The position numbers were made by a program, and so were the translations under genes. Below are positions 25,911-37,536 of a stretch of DNA of 64,000 nucleotides, piece after piece. This DNA comes from Octopus vulgaris (taxonomy: Eukaryota): positions 60,202,001 through 60,266,000 of the forward strand of contig OX597814.1 in assembly GCA_951406725.2 (NCBI GenBank), in the 5' to 3' direction. Numbering within the stretch: the first letter of the stretch is position 1; the number at the start of each line of letters is the position of its first letter. The notes beneath the pieces are model-generated. The model saw only the letters and a list, made by a program, of their open reading frames with translations. It ran no database searches and was not told the DNA's origin.

Positions 25911-27284
25911 GTGCCCTAGAATTTATTGTAATAAATGGTAATATTTACTAGTGTCTCAATCTAGAATTATATTGAAGAGTTTAACTTTGCTTTAATTCGT
26001 ATCTATCGTCCCCTTTAAATCTATTTCTTTGAATAAAAATATGAACGCTTTGTTTAAAGAACATATATTTTGTGACCTTTGGAATTTCACAATGTAAATA
26101 CTTCATCATTATGGTAGAGACCAAACTCTGCAAAGCGGAATCGCTTCTGTAGTGAAACTATTACAATCCTCTTAGCTCACAATCTCACCATCATTGTAAA
26201 ACCACATGCTTACTGCTAACATCTCCTGGCAATTATGTTTAACTTTAAAATGATACATCGTCATATATCAAGTATTAGTGTACATAACAATATTAATCTC
26301 GCAATTAATTTTTGAATAATCCTCTACTGAATTCAGAATCTTTTCAGGAAGGGATTTTCTTAAGAATAAACTGGATTCTACAACATTGAGGTCCTTAAAA
26401 TTTGTATTGCGTAGCATGGAGAGCAGGACAAATACTCTTAAACACAAAAATAGAAAATTAATTATAATTTGTAATTCCCCATATAGTTTAAGTGAGCGTT
26501 CCAATATTGCTAGCAATTCCCTAAATCTAATAAATAAATATTTCACCGTAGACACTAGATACAGAATAGTTGTTGTAGTGATACCGTCAAGTTAGCGGCA
26601 TTTGCTCCGAAAGCTTTGCAACATCTATTACACATAAACAAAAAAAATGATTGAATCACTTTTCTGACAGAATAGTTGGCCAACTATTTTGTCGCAGGTG
26701 GAGGCTGAGTCGATTACATTGTTTCCAGCTTTTGAAAGTACCAGTGAAGCACTAGAGTTGATTTAATCGACTAAAAATCTCCCGCTAAAATTATTAACCT
26801 TGTACCTAAATATCGATTATTATTATTTTAAAAAAGAGAAAGAAATTGTTTTTGTTATCGTTTTTATTTTTGTTACATTAGCTTCGCTGGAGACTATGGT
26901 TTGTGACGTCTAAACCATAAAATTGGCAATACTGTCAATACTTTTCCAAGCAAGGCACCATTTAACTGTCATTAGGCCACATAGGAAAGCAAATATTTTT
27001 GGATTTTAAATTCTGGAACAGTGGTTCTCAATCGCTTTGTGTTTGCGGCGCTCTAAAGATTAAACCAAAATCTTACTGGCGCGTTTCAAATGGAAAGTTA
27101 AAAATAGCCGATTCATTCCACAATGGAAGCTTTAAAATAATCATGTTTTCAAGTCAGAAATTTAGAAAACAAACAGAAAGATATTGCTTATTTTGTTTCT
27201 TTGATCATATACTTGTTATAAGATAACTAAGAAAACACATTTGTCAAGATGGTCAACGATTACAAAAGATTTTCTAAACCTTAA

Positions 27285-27511
27285 CCTTTCACTGTCCTGT
27301 GTATCACGCGATACACAGAACATATTTCACTGGCCTCCATGCGTCATATATGATACGCAATAGCCATATTTTTTTCAACCACCAGAATAACTTGGGACTT
27401 ATGAAAGGAAAGCTTTATATTACTCAGAGCATATGAAACAACGGCTTACCAAAAGTCTGAAAACAAATATAGGCATTAAAACTTGCAAGACTGCTTTCGA
27501 CTGACAAACAG
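27285..27511. mobile_element. Possible piggyBac-derived MITE
   Basis: TTAA on both sides; left end cctttc; internal hairpins tgtgtatcacgcgatacaca and tgcgtcatatatgatacgca. Right TIR is poorly conserved. Confidence 0.4.
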
Positions 27512-27519
27512 TTAAATAA

Positions 27520-27665
27520 TCTACTACAGGCACAAGGCCTGAAATTTGGCATGAAGGCCAGGCAAGGCAAGGCAAGGCCAAGTCGATTACATCGACACCA
27601 ATGCGTAACTGGTACTTGTTACATCGATCCCGGATGGATAAAAGACAAAGTCGACCTGGGCGGGC
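27520..27665 (-). mobile_element. SINE family A, 3' part
   Basis: ggcacaaggcctgaaattt...aaagtcgacct. Confidence 0.8.
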
Positions 27666-27779
27666 AAACGGTTAATAATATATTTTTTTTATTAATCCGC
27701 AGTGTACTGTTTAAGAACCACTATGCTAGGATATGAAACTTTTAGGTGCGTTAATTGTTTAAGCAAACTTTGTAATAAT

Positions 27780-28177
27780 CCTTTCGATTAAAGGTACAAG
27801 GCCTGAAATTTTAGGTGAGAAGATTAATCACTTATATCTTTCCCAGTGTTTCACTCTAGCACTTAATTATCAACTTCGAAAAAATGAAAGCAAACTCAAC
27901 CCCGGCGGCAAATGTACTCAGAATGTAAAGACTGATGAACTACCTATTTATTTACTACCCACAAGAGGCTAAACACAGAGAGGACAAACAAGGACAGACA
28001 AAGGGATTAAGTCGATTATATCGACCCCAGTGCGTAACTGGTACTTAATTTATCGACCCCGAAAGAATGAAAGGCAAAGTCGACCTCGGCAGAATTTGAA
28101 CTCAGAACGTGACGGCAGACGAAATACAGCTACACATTTCGCCCGGCGTGCTAACGTTTCTGCCAGCTCACCGCCTT
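27780..28177 (-). mobile_element. Chimeric SINE A: young full copy (27944-28177) joined to the 3' part of an old copy (27780-27943)
   Basis: Two homologous bodies in tandem; the whole unit is flanked by caaactttgtaataat / caaactttataataat. Confidence 0.85.
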
Positions 28178-29311
28178 GAACAAACTTTATAATAATGACC
28201 GATCTTTTACACCGTGCATTTATCTATAATGACTATCACTGAATTCTGACATATACATATATCCTGCAGTTTATGAGATGTGAATAACCAGAGCTCAAAT
28301 GGCAATTATTCACACCGAAAGTATAACAGACTAAGTCGACACCCGCCTGGTTTGAAATCAGAATGTATCGTTACGCAATTAAATAACACCGATCATTTTA
28401 GTTAATCTAAAAAAAATCTCCTAAATTACTAACATCAAACAGAGAACGATTATTTTAAGAGTTTGCTAACTCAATGCTTTAAAGAAGGATCTTAAGATAG
28501 ACTGAGTATGCAATTAGGTAATTATAGAACTGATGAAAAAAGACTATGAAAATATATTATCGACAGTAAGAACTTTTGGGGGCGTTTTCTAAAGTGCTTT
28601 AGGACTGTGGTTCGGCGATATACTGATTAATATATCAAATATAAAATATAAAGAGTTTAATCACTTCAGAAATAGGAGAGTTAGTACAACAGGAAAAGTG
28701 CTTTCAGTACATTCGTTAGGAAATGAGAAACTATTCGAATGATGTGGCATTAGTATTAAAACTTCGATCAACTATTTTTTATGAATACTTCAATAATATA
28801 TAAGTAATGTTCTATCTCAAAACTGGTATATTCAGTAGTGACATTGAAGTTCATGTATTATGATTAATTACATCACCTATTCGCCGACCATATGGTTCCG
28901 GCTTCGGTCCCAGGGCGTGGCACCTTTTGTCACTGTTTTCTACTGTAGCCTCGCGCGAACCAAAGCCTTCTGAGTGGATTTGGTAGACCGAAACTGAATC
29001 AAGCACGCCGCATGCATATATATATATATGTGTGTGTGTGTACAGACAGAGAGGGCAATAATGATGAGACAGATACATAACGGCCGAGAAAAAAATTTTC
29101 AGGGAAAAAGCATTACAGGGGGTGAGTAAAAGAAAGGAAAAGGAGGTAGAAAGAGTGTTACACAGCTACTAGACAGTTGCTTATTTCTTGTGTCGTTTCT
29201 GTCAATATTGTATCCTTTAGTTTGATTTATGTGTAGGAGTGTTGTATGCATACGTCTGTGTATTCCTTGAGTGTATTTGTTTGTGTGTGTTTTATTTTTT
29301 TATCTTTTAAA

Positions 29312-29655
29312 GTGTTTCAGTCATTGGACTGCAGCCATGCTGGGGGCACCACATCGAGAAGTTTTTAGCTGAACATATCGACCCCTGCGCTTAATTTTAA
29401 TTTTCCTTTTTTTCTTTTTTGCTAAGGCTGCTACTTATTCTATCGGTGTTTTTGCTACAAACACAGGTTGTGAAGCAGTGATGAGAGACAAACACACACA
29501 CACATGTATATATCAACGGCTCCTTTCAATTTCGGCTACCAAATCCAGTCACAAGGCTTTGGTCGGTCCTAGGCTATTGTAGAAGACATTAGCCCAAAAT
29601 ACAATACAGTGGGACTGGACCCATGTGGTTAGGAAGCAAGCTTCTCACCACACAA
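29312..29655 (-). mobile_element. SINE family B, degenerate
   Basis: tgtttcagtcattggactgcagccatgctgg...cttctcaccacaca. Confidence 0.82.
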
Positions 29656-29914
29656 CAGTGCTTGCACTTGTGCGTAAGTTTGTTTTCTACGTATATGTTT
29701 TGTAGCTCAGTGCAGTTGTATACGAAGCATGACCAATCGATCAACATCCACTGTGGAGAGAACCTATTACCACGCTTTTCAAAATCTGTTCCATGACGGT
29801 AGCTTCTCATTTAAGAATATTTTACTTGTATCTGTATCATATATAGCTGGTAATTGTTTCAGTTATACAGCACCATGAAACTTTAAACATACATACATGC
29901 AGTCATACATAAAA

Positions 29915-30360
29915 CTGTAAGGTGTGATTTGATCAAGTAACTGCTACTTCTAGCAGGTCTAGATTCCACATACATGTCTGCTTTGTTAACTCATAATACA
30001 TGACAGCAATGTGAGTGTAGTTTGAAGGAAATTTGGTTGCTATTGCTTGCAGGTCCAGCTAATATGTAGAGGTCTCTGTCCTTGTCTCAGTAACATTGAC
30101 ATTAAGCAAGAAGCAATTTTGAGGGTAACTGTCAGGTTTTCCTAAATAGATAGAGTATCTGGTATTGGCTTATACATACATATTGAAATACGAAAGGAGA
30201 AGGGTCTGATTTGAAGATCTGCCTGCTATATCTAGAAAACATGGTACTATATAGAGGCCTTCGTTTTTCGTTTATAAGTGCAGATATTCATAAGACAGTA
30301 AAAAGATATTTGAGGAACATTTGGCTTCTATTACTAAGATGTCCAGCGACTACTTGGATG
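29915..30360. repeat. Degenerate ~95-bp tandem array (about 5 units)
   Basis: Motif ggtgtgatttga..atttggctgctat(t)tctagcaggtc recurs at ~29918, 30012, 30110, 30200 and 30298. Confidence 0.6.
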
Positions 30361-31124
30361 ATCACTCGTAAAACAACATCAGCAAACACAACGACAACAG
30401 CGTTATGTATACTTGTTGTGTGCTCTTCCCTAATTTTGGCACAAATTCAGCAGTTTTGAGGGGAAGCCAGTTCCATCGACACCAGTGCTCGACTGGTATT
30501 TATTCTATCATCTTTGAAAATCGACCTCACCAGAATTTGTATTCAGCACTTAAAGCCGAAATAAATACCACTAAAGATTTTGTCCGGTGTACTAACAATT
30601 CTGTCCTTTCGTCGCTATTTGATATAGTTTTATATGCCAGTAAATATATTATTAAGTATGACCTTTACTTAAAACAGTGGAGGATGACATTTGGCTATTA
30701 TTTCTTAGAAAGCAAGCGACTATAGATTTCCCATGAATTTCGAACGAACTTACTTGTCAATAACTCTTGGTCTTTTCTTTTTCTTCTTTGTCTCTCTAAA
30801 ATGAGTGTAGCTTTGTAAAAGTGTGACTATATATGCGTGTATGAACGCACGTATGTATGTTTGAATGTATGTTTGTATGCATAGATGTATGGAAGTAAGC
30901 GTGTGTCTTCGTATATTTGCGTGTACATAAAAGTGGCTAGGTGTATTTGTATGTATGTGTGTATGTATTTTATCTACGCATGTATGTATGCATGTATGTA
31001 TGTATGCATGTATGTATGCATGTATGTATATATGTATACATGTATGTATGTATGTATGTATGTATGTATGTACGTATGCATGCATGCATGTATGTATGTA
31101 TGTACGTATGCATGCATGCATGTA

Positions 31125-31775
31125 TGTATGTAATTATTCAGCTCTATTTCAAGATTTCTTGCCAAAAGAGAAACAGACGATTCACAATTCTAACCTAGAT
31201 CCAAGGCTCCTTTATTGGAATTTCAACATCAGAGTATTTTTCCATGTATGTGTTAATATGTGAAGTATTTGGAATCGGTGCATGTACAGATTTATACATT
31301 TTGTTCTTTGTATGCATTCTCATGCTCTCATGAATATAGTTGCGTGTCCTGACATGCGCATATATACTTAAATGATAAACTGGCGAATAGTTTTACAAAT
31401 TTTTTACAGTTCCAGCGATGGCTTAGATCTGTAGCTTTCGAATCAGCTTTCTATATATGTATGTATGCATGCATGTCATTCAGTTTCATTTCAAGATTTC
31501 TTGCCAATAGAGAAAGATTCGGTTTCTCATCTTGATCCAAGGCTCCTCCATTGGAATTTCAACATCAAAAGCAGGGTATTTTTGTATGTATGTATGTATG
31601 TATGTATGTCTACGTGCAGATTTGTATGTTTTGTTTTATGTGTGTATTCTCATGCATATACTGGCATATCTAGAAATGCTCATATATACTTAAATGATAA
31701 ACGTCTAGAAAATTCTACAGATTTTTACAGATCCAGTGATGGCTTAGATCTGTAGTCTTCGAATCAGCTTTCTCC
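31125..31775. repeat. Tandem duplication of a ~330-bp unit
   Basis: attcag..tttcaagatttcttgccaa..gatccaaggctcct..ggcttagatctgtag..tcgaatcagcttt occurs twice (31135-31451 and 31478-31771). Confidence 0.9.
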
Positions 31776-31807
31776 TTTCTGGTAGATATATATGTGCATA
31801 TATATAT

Positions 31808-31875
<68 letters not shown>

Positions 31876-31949
31876 AATATTAGGGAATAAATCCAAACTT
31901 ACAGGGAAAAATCAGATTTAGGATTGAATCCAATTTTATGGTAAAATAT

Positions 31950-32210
31950 TATATTATATTAAATTAGAGACAAAACCACTATTAGGCAAATAAAACAATG
32001 AAAGACTTAAGCCAATACATATGATTAATTTATATTATTTAAATATGTAACAAAATTATTAAAAAATATAATTAATATCCCACAATTATATTATATTTTT
32101 TAATAATTTTGTTACATATTTAAATAATATAAATTAATCATGTATTGGCTTAAGTCTTTCATTGTTTGATTTGCCTAATAGTGGTTTTGTCTCTAATTTA
32201 ATATAATATA
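31950..32210. repeat. ~260-bp AT-rich fold-back palindrome next to (TA)n
   Basis: aattagagacaaaaccactattaggcaaa... / ...tttgcctaatagtggttttgtctctaatt; arms ~120 bp and nearly perfect. Confidence 0.93.
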
Positions 32211-32213
32211 TAT

Positions 32214-32634
32214 ACTCTTACTCTCTCTTTTACTCTTTTACTTGTTTCAGTCATTTGACTGCGGCCATGCTGGAGCACCGCCTTTAGTCGAGCAAATCGA
32301 CCCTGGGACTTATTCTTTGCAAGCCCAGTACTTATTCTATCGGTCTCTTTTGCCGAACCGCTAAGTGACGGGGACGTAAACACACCAGCATCGGTTGTCA
32401 AGCAATGCTAGGGGGACAAACACAGACACACAAACACACACATACATATATATATATATATACATATATACGACAGGCTTCTTTCAGTTTCCGTCTACCA
32501 AATCCACTCACAAGGCATTGGTCGGCCCGGGGCTATAGCAGAAGACACTTGCCCAAGATGCCACGCAGTGGGACTGAACCTGGAACCATGTGGTTGGTTA
32601 GCAAGCTACTTACCACACATCCACTCCTGCGCCT
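32214..32634 (-). mobile_element. SINE family B, full length and well preserved
   Basis: Head aggcgcaggagtggatgtgtggtaag, B box ggttcagtcc, core-like block, internal microsatellite, tail gaaacaagtaaaagag. Confidence 0.93.
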
Positions 32635-32932
32635 ATATATATATATATATATTATATTATATTATATTATATTATATTATATTATATTATATTATATTAT
32701 ATTATATTATATTAACCATGGCTTTACTATTCATATCATGTCTTTTGAAATAAACAATGAAATATGAAGTTGCACAAGATTCTTTCTTTTTCACTTGAAT
32801 TGAAATCCCATTACAAAAACAAACAAACATTGATTGCAGTAGAATGGTCATTAAATGGTTTCAAATCAACCATACGCTCAGTCAATTCTTCCACATTAAG
32901 TCATCAGTAAAATGTATTAATTAGCATTACTA

Positions 32933-33375
32933 CAGTAGAATTAGCCTGATTCGTCTTTGGATAATTCGTTACTTCACCTAATTCGTCACTTTCAATTTTC
33001 TCCTAGGGATGAATAATTAGGCAAATTCTACTGCTATTTTAAAAAACAAATTGCATGTTATTTCATTTTTAACTGCTTTTTTCCAAAAATAAGCCCATGG
33101 GCTTAAATACAGACTTAAATAATTTTGCTTCAATATTTTTTTTTCTGAAAATAATAAAAATACATGAAACAAGTTTCTGACTATAAGCCCATAGGCTTAA
33201 AATCGGATGGGCTTACTTTTGGAAAGCCCAGTAAGGTTTTTATAATTTTTGTTCTAATAAAATATAGTCAATTTTAAAAGTTTTTCTTGGCTGTAATATT
33301 TTAAGTACAGTAGAATTTAAATTTTAAGTACTTTTTAGTTTCCTTTAGAGGTGAAGAATTAGGCAAATTCTACTG
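32933..33375. mobile_element. pogo/Tc-type MITE complex
   Basis: TA-CAGTAGAATT at 32933 and 33308; aattaggcaaattctactg ends at 33033 and 33375; internal palindromic motifs taagcccatgggctta. Confidence 0.6.
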
Positions 33376-34476
33376 TGGAAATCTTGTTCTGTATTTTTCT
33401 AGGTGTAATAACTTAAGAATATTAACATGCATGCGCCCGCATTCTTCATTGTAATTTTTAAAATACAAAAATAGCCAACGCATCCACCGTAAAAGCAGTA
33501 GGAGCTATCTGCTCTTGTTAAGGGAAAGTTAGTTTGTTAGTCGAAATTCATGCAAAATAACGACTGCAATCCAGCTACTGTTCTTTTCAACTTAACTAAA
33601 AAAAAAATGTCTGGATCTTGCTACTCTGAAAATCATTTCATAGTATCTTAAAGAGAAAAACCTTGTCAATTTACCCTAAGAAATAATAATCTAAATTCTG
33701 CTATTCTTGATATTGAATTAAAGTTTAAAAGCAAAGAAAAGACTTAGTAAAACTTCAGAAGTTCTTACAACTTTGGTTGTCGTAATGCTTTGTTTTCGCT
33801 TGTTTAATAAAAATTCATTCTCTTGCTTTCATTTTGTAATAGACAACTATCATGCAGAAAATGCCAACTTCTAAATCCTGTTTTACAAAAATATGCGAAT
33901 CAGTAATATGATGCGGTACAGAAAGTTATTAAACACTTTATAAATCTAAATACGAAAGAAGCCAGGATACACGTTCAAATAACAGTGAGAAATTCAGTTT
34001 GTACACACATGGGTTTTATTCAAGAATATCATAATTGAAGAAATTCAACTGTTTGTAAAAATAATCAAACGGCAATATTTTTGTTTTGTTCTAAAAAAAA
34101 TAATTTATTTTACATTCTTTTAGAACGCTGAATAATTGTGAGCAAAAGGAATTTTTACTGTGTACAAACATTAAAATTCAGACCTCAGTCGGACGAGTAT
34201 ATAGTGGAAGATATGAATGGATTTGGTTTCACATACTACATATTTACATACGTTCAACTGCCTTAAAGATGAAGCTGGATATAAAATGCATAGTATAGAC
34301 GCGAGTACTGCTGAAAAGACCAAATTCCGAAATCCTGCCTGCCCAAGAACACCTAACTTGCGCCCAGTAAAACAAATAGTTTCATGTCTTACTGTTTTCT
34401 GATTAGGTGAAAATAATTAAACCTTAAATCTTAGTAACATTTTTCTGCAATAAGTATATATGTATGTACGTACGTA

Positions 34477-34506
<30 letters not shown>

Positions 34507-34510
<4 letters not shown>

Positions 34511-35065
34511 GAAAATGCTGACAAAATAATTTAAGTAATTTAATTAGGTGAAAGTTCTTTTTACCGGTTGCGCATTTGTTATGCTTATCAAAAGTTTTTT
34601 CCTCTTATCTGACTTTATGTTGGGTTTGCTGTCTCTTATATGTGAAAAAAGAGGCTCCAGAGTTGTTTAAGATTTGCTTGGTTTCGCGCCTAAAATTTCT
34701 TGTGGGCAATGGTCAATACAATTTTGATTGGTCATTATGAAGGGGTCACGTGAATGTTTGAATGGAAGTTGGTGTTGGGGTAAGAAAAAAGGCTCCAGAG
34801 AAGTTAAAATTTGGCTAGTGTCGCGCCTAAAATTTCTTATTGGTCATAATAAAGAGGTCACGTGGATGTGGTCATAATAGAGAGGTCACGTGAATGTTTA
34901 GAATTTTCGAAAATAACGTTGTTGAGAATTCTTATTGTTCAGGCTGGTCAGTAGACGTCATGTGGATATTTTAAATAGCTTTTTAGCGCGTAGTTAGGGA
35001 GTGTATTTTCCGCTTGACTGAATTTGAGCTGGATAAGTAAGTTCGTTTAGGACAAGAAGAGCTAT
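34507..35065 (-). mobile_element. Probable Penelope-like relic between (TA)n tracts, with degenerate hammerhead and internal tandem repeats
   Basis: Minus 34555-34596 reads UUGAUAA gcat-aacaa-atgc GCAA ccgg UA (three changes from the hammerhead consensus; palindromic ACCGGU). Duplicated ~140-bp unit at 34644-34900. Confidence 0.45.
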
Positions 35066-35312
35066 ATGTATGTATGTGTGCGCGCGCGCGTGTGTGTGTG
35101 TGTATGTATGTATATATATGTATATGTATGTATATATATGTATATGTATATATATACATATATATATATATGTGTGTATATATATATATGTATATATATA
35201 TGAATATATATATGTATGTGTATATATATGTATATGTATATATATATATGTGTGTGTGTATATATATATATGTATATATATATGAATATATATGTATGTG
35301 TATATATATGTG

Positions 35313-35358
<46 letters not shown>

Positions 35359-35403
35359 AATATGTATATATATATAAATATGTATATATATATATAAATA
35401 TGA

Positions 35404-35441
<38 letters not shown>

Positions 35442-35480
35442 ATACAAATATATATATATGTGTATATATGTGTGTGTGTG
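35066..35480. repeat. (TA/TG) microsatellite tract
   Basis: Directly visible. Confidence 0.96.
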
Positions 35481-35794
35481 TAGATTCCTGTCGTTGTGGT
35501 CTATCATATAAGCTGAAATGAAATATAGATTTATTTGAAAATATACTATTTGGACTCAGTCAATTTCAGGCGTTATTCTCCCGTTAGTGACTTCACATAT
35601 TTTACTTAAACTTTTCTCTACTGAACCAATATTCATCTTTTTTGCTCGAAATGTAGCTTATGATGTGACCAATCTAAAAATGTTAACATTATATAATTTG
35701 TTCTATATTTAAAAGTTGAGGAATTATGTATATTATTTATATTATTTACATTATTTACATTCGACGGATATTTGTCTTCATTCTGTTTGTTGTT

Positions 35795-35840
35795 AACACA
35801 ACGTTTCGGCTGATATACCCTCCAGCCTTCTTCGGGTGTT
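35795..35840 (-). ncRNA. Minimal type I hammerhead ribozyme motif (core U4>C)
   Basis: aacac CCGAAGA a ggctg-gagggtatat-cagcc GAAA cg UU gtgtt: 5-bp stem I, 5-bp stem II, palindromic ACGU stem III. Confidence 0.72.
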
Positions 35841-35984
35841 TGGGGGAAATTTGCCCACGGGCGTATGACGTAGTGGTTAAGAGCGCGGGCTACTAACCCC
35901 ATGATTCTGAGTTCGATTTCAAGCAGTGACCTGAACAATAATAATAATAATAATAACAATAATAATAATACTAATAATAATAAC

Positions 35985-36048
<64 letters not shown>

Positions 36049-36107
36049 GCAATAATAACATAGAAAAATACCTTAGAAATGAGAACCCAGGTTCGAAATT
36101 TCCTCAA

Positions 36108-36153
36108 GATACCTAAAGAAGTCTGGAGGGTATATCAGCCGAAACGTTGTGTT
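36108..36153 (+). ncRNA. Minimal type I hammerhead ribozyme motif (core G5>A)
   Basis: gatac CUAAAGA a gtctg-gagggtatat-cagcc GAAA cg UU gtgtt. Confidence 0.68.
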
Positions 36154-37536
36154 AACAACAAACAAGATGAAGACAAATATCCGTCAAATGTAAATAATGT
36201 AAATAATGATCATCTAATTTGTCCCTAACTGAGTTATGGACAAATCCTAGAAGTGGTCGTGAGTGAGTAAATGTTGACCTTAAGAATATTATTCACACAC
36301 TACCATGTGTGAATGATATCTTCTTAAAAGATTAGCGCCACAACACTTGTGTTGATGAATTCTATCATATGTAGGTTTTTAATTTTATTATAGGTGTTAC
36401 CACTGTTTTCGGGACATTTGGCCCTAGCAATTTTTAATTTAAAAATATTTTCTAATATAACTGGTATCATCGGATTTCTCTACTGGTGACCAATCAGAAA
36501 AATTAAATTTACATATAGTTTTCTTTAGAAATAAGAATAATATTTGGAGTCAAAGTTAATTTCAAACGCTAATCTCCTTTTCTTCGCCAGTTTTTACCTC
36601 CGTACATTTTTCTACTGAATTTTTTTTCACATAAGTACCATGGATAGATACCTCTAACCAAGGTCTACCTTATAAGCTAATGTAAAATATTGATTTCTTT
36701 CAAGAATAATAAAATTTGGCCTACAAGTCCGTCTCAGGCGTTACTCTCCCGTTTTTGACCTCACATATTTTACTCAAACTTTTGTAACTGAAAATGTAGC
36801 TTAAGATGTGACCAATCAAAAACTGTAAACATCATCTAATTTGGTTAAAAACTCAGTTAGTTACAAAGCGTAGAAGTGGTCGCGAGTGAGAAAATGTTGA
36901 CCTTAAGAATATTACTCACACACGTCCGTGTGTGAATGATAAAGCTGTACATACTTTATCAAGGCCTTTGAACATATGCATTGAAGTATCAATTAGAGGA
37001 TTACACCAAAGTAATGCCTAAGGATGGGATCTCAACGTTTTATCATTAAAGACGTAAATAACAGTGAAGCAAATATGTTTTCAATCTTAACTTACATAAC
37101 AAGTTTCGGTGATTGGCAGAACCAAAAGTGCGTTGAAAAATGCTCGAGTAATTTGTTGCTTATGTTCTGAGTTTAAATTCCACTGAAATAATATTTGCTT
37201 TTTGGTCCTTCCGGGGTCGATAAAAGAGTACCAACCGAATACTGGAGTTGATGGCATCGGCTATTCCCATAGCTCAAAAGTGCTAGCTTTCTGACTAATT
37301 TAGAACAATTATCCTGCAATTTTATTTTTATTTTCATGCTTTTATTATTAACTATTATAAAGGCAGTTATCTGGCAGAATCGTTTGCAAGCCGTCGTTTG
37401 TGTTTTGTTTGAATTAGTGAGTACCATTTTTGTTTAACTGTTATTTATTGAATTGTTAGATTGTTGTTACCTGTTGAACTTGTTGTTACCGTTTTTTAAT
37501 TTTCTTCCCCATTTATAGGTGAAGTCGTGAATAATA

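Larger units (their letters stand above)
35702..36208 (+). mobile_element. tRNA-headed, hammerhead-bearing non-autonomous element with an inverted upstream copy of its 3' part
   Basis: Inverted arms ~35740-35852 and 36096-36208; tRNA-like head 35859-35933 (A box tgacgtagtgg, B box gagttcgattt); (AAT)n 35934-36060; flanking attatataatttgt / atcatctaatttgt direct repeat. Confidence 0.8.
35553..36942 (+). mobile_element. Two tandem Helentron/HINE-like units; the first is interrupted by the hammerhead element
   Basis: 35565-35700 plus 36209-36320 is homologous to 36733-36942. Each ends gaccttaagaatatta-(t/c)tcacacac..tgtgtgaatgata (3' hairpin). Superfamily assignment is inferred. Confidence 0.55.

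Noticed and set aside
26000-26555. Protein-like minus-strand stretch (ORF 26268-26555 and its continuation)
   Set aside because: Multiple stops and no recognisable motif; it may be a decayed element but cannot be assigned without TBLASTN/HMM.
29915-30360. CRISPR-like repeat-spacer array
   Set aside because: Repeats are highly degenerate, the motif belongs to a dispersed eukaryotic repeat, and there are no cas genes.
35859-35933. Functional tRNA gene
   Set aside because: A/B boxes and an anticodon-like loop are present, but the acceptor and T stems do not pair well and (AAT)n follows; treated as a SINE head.
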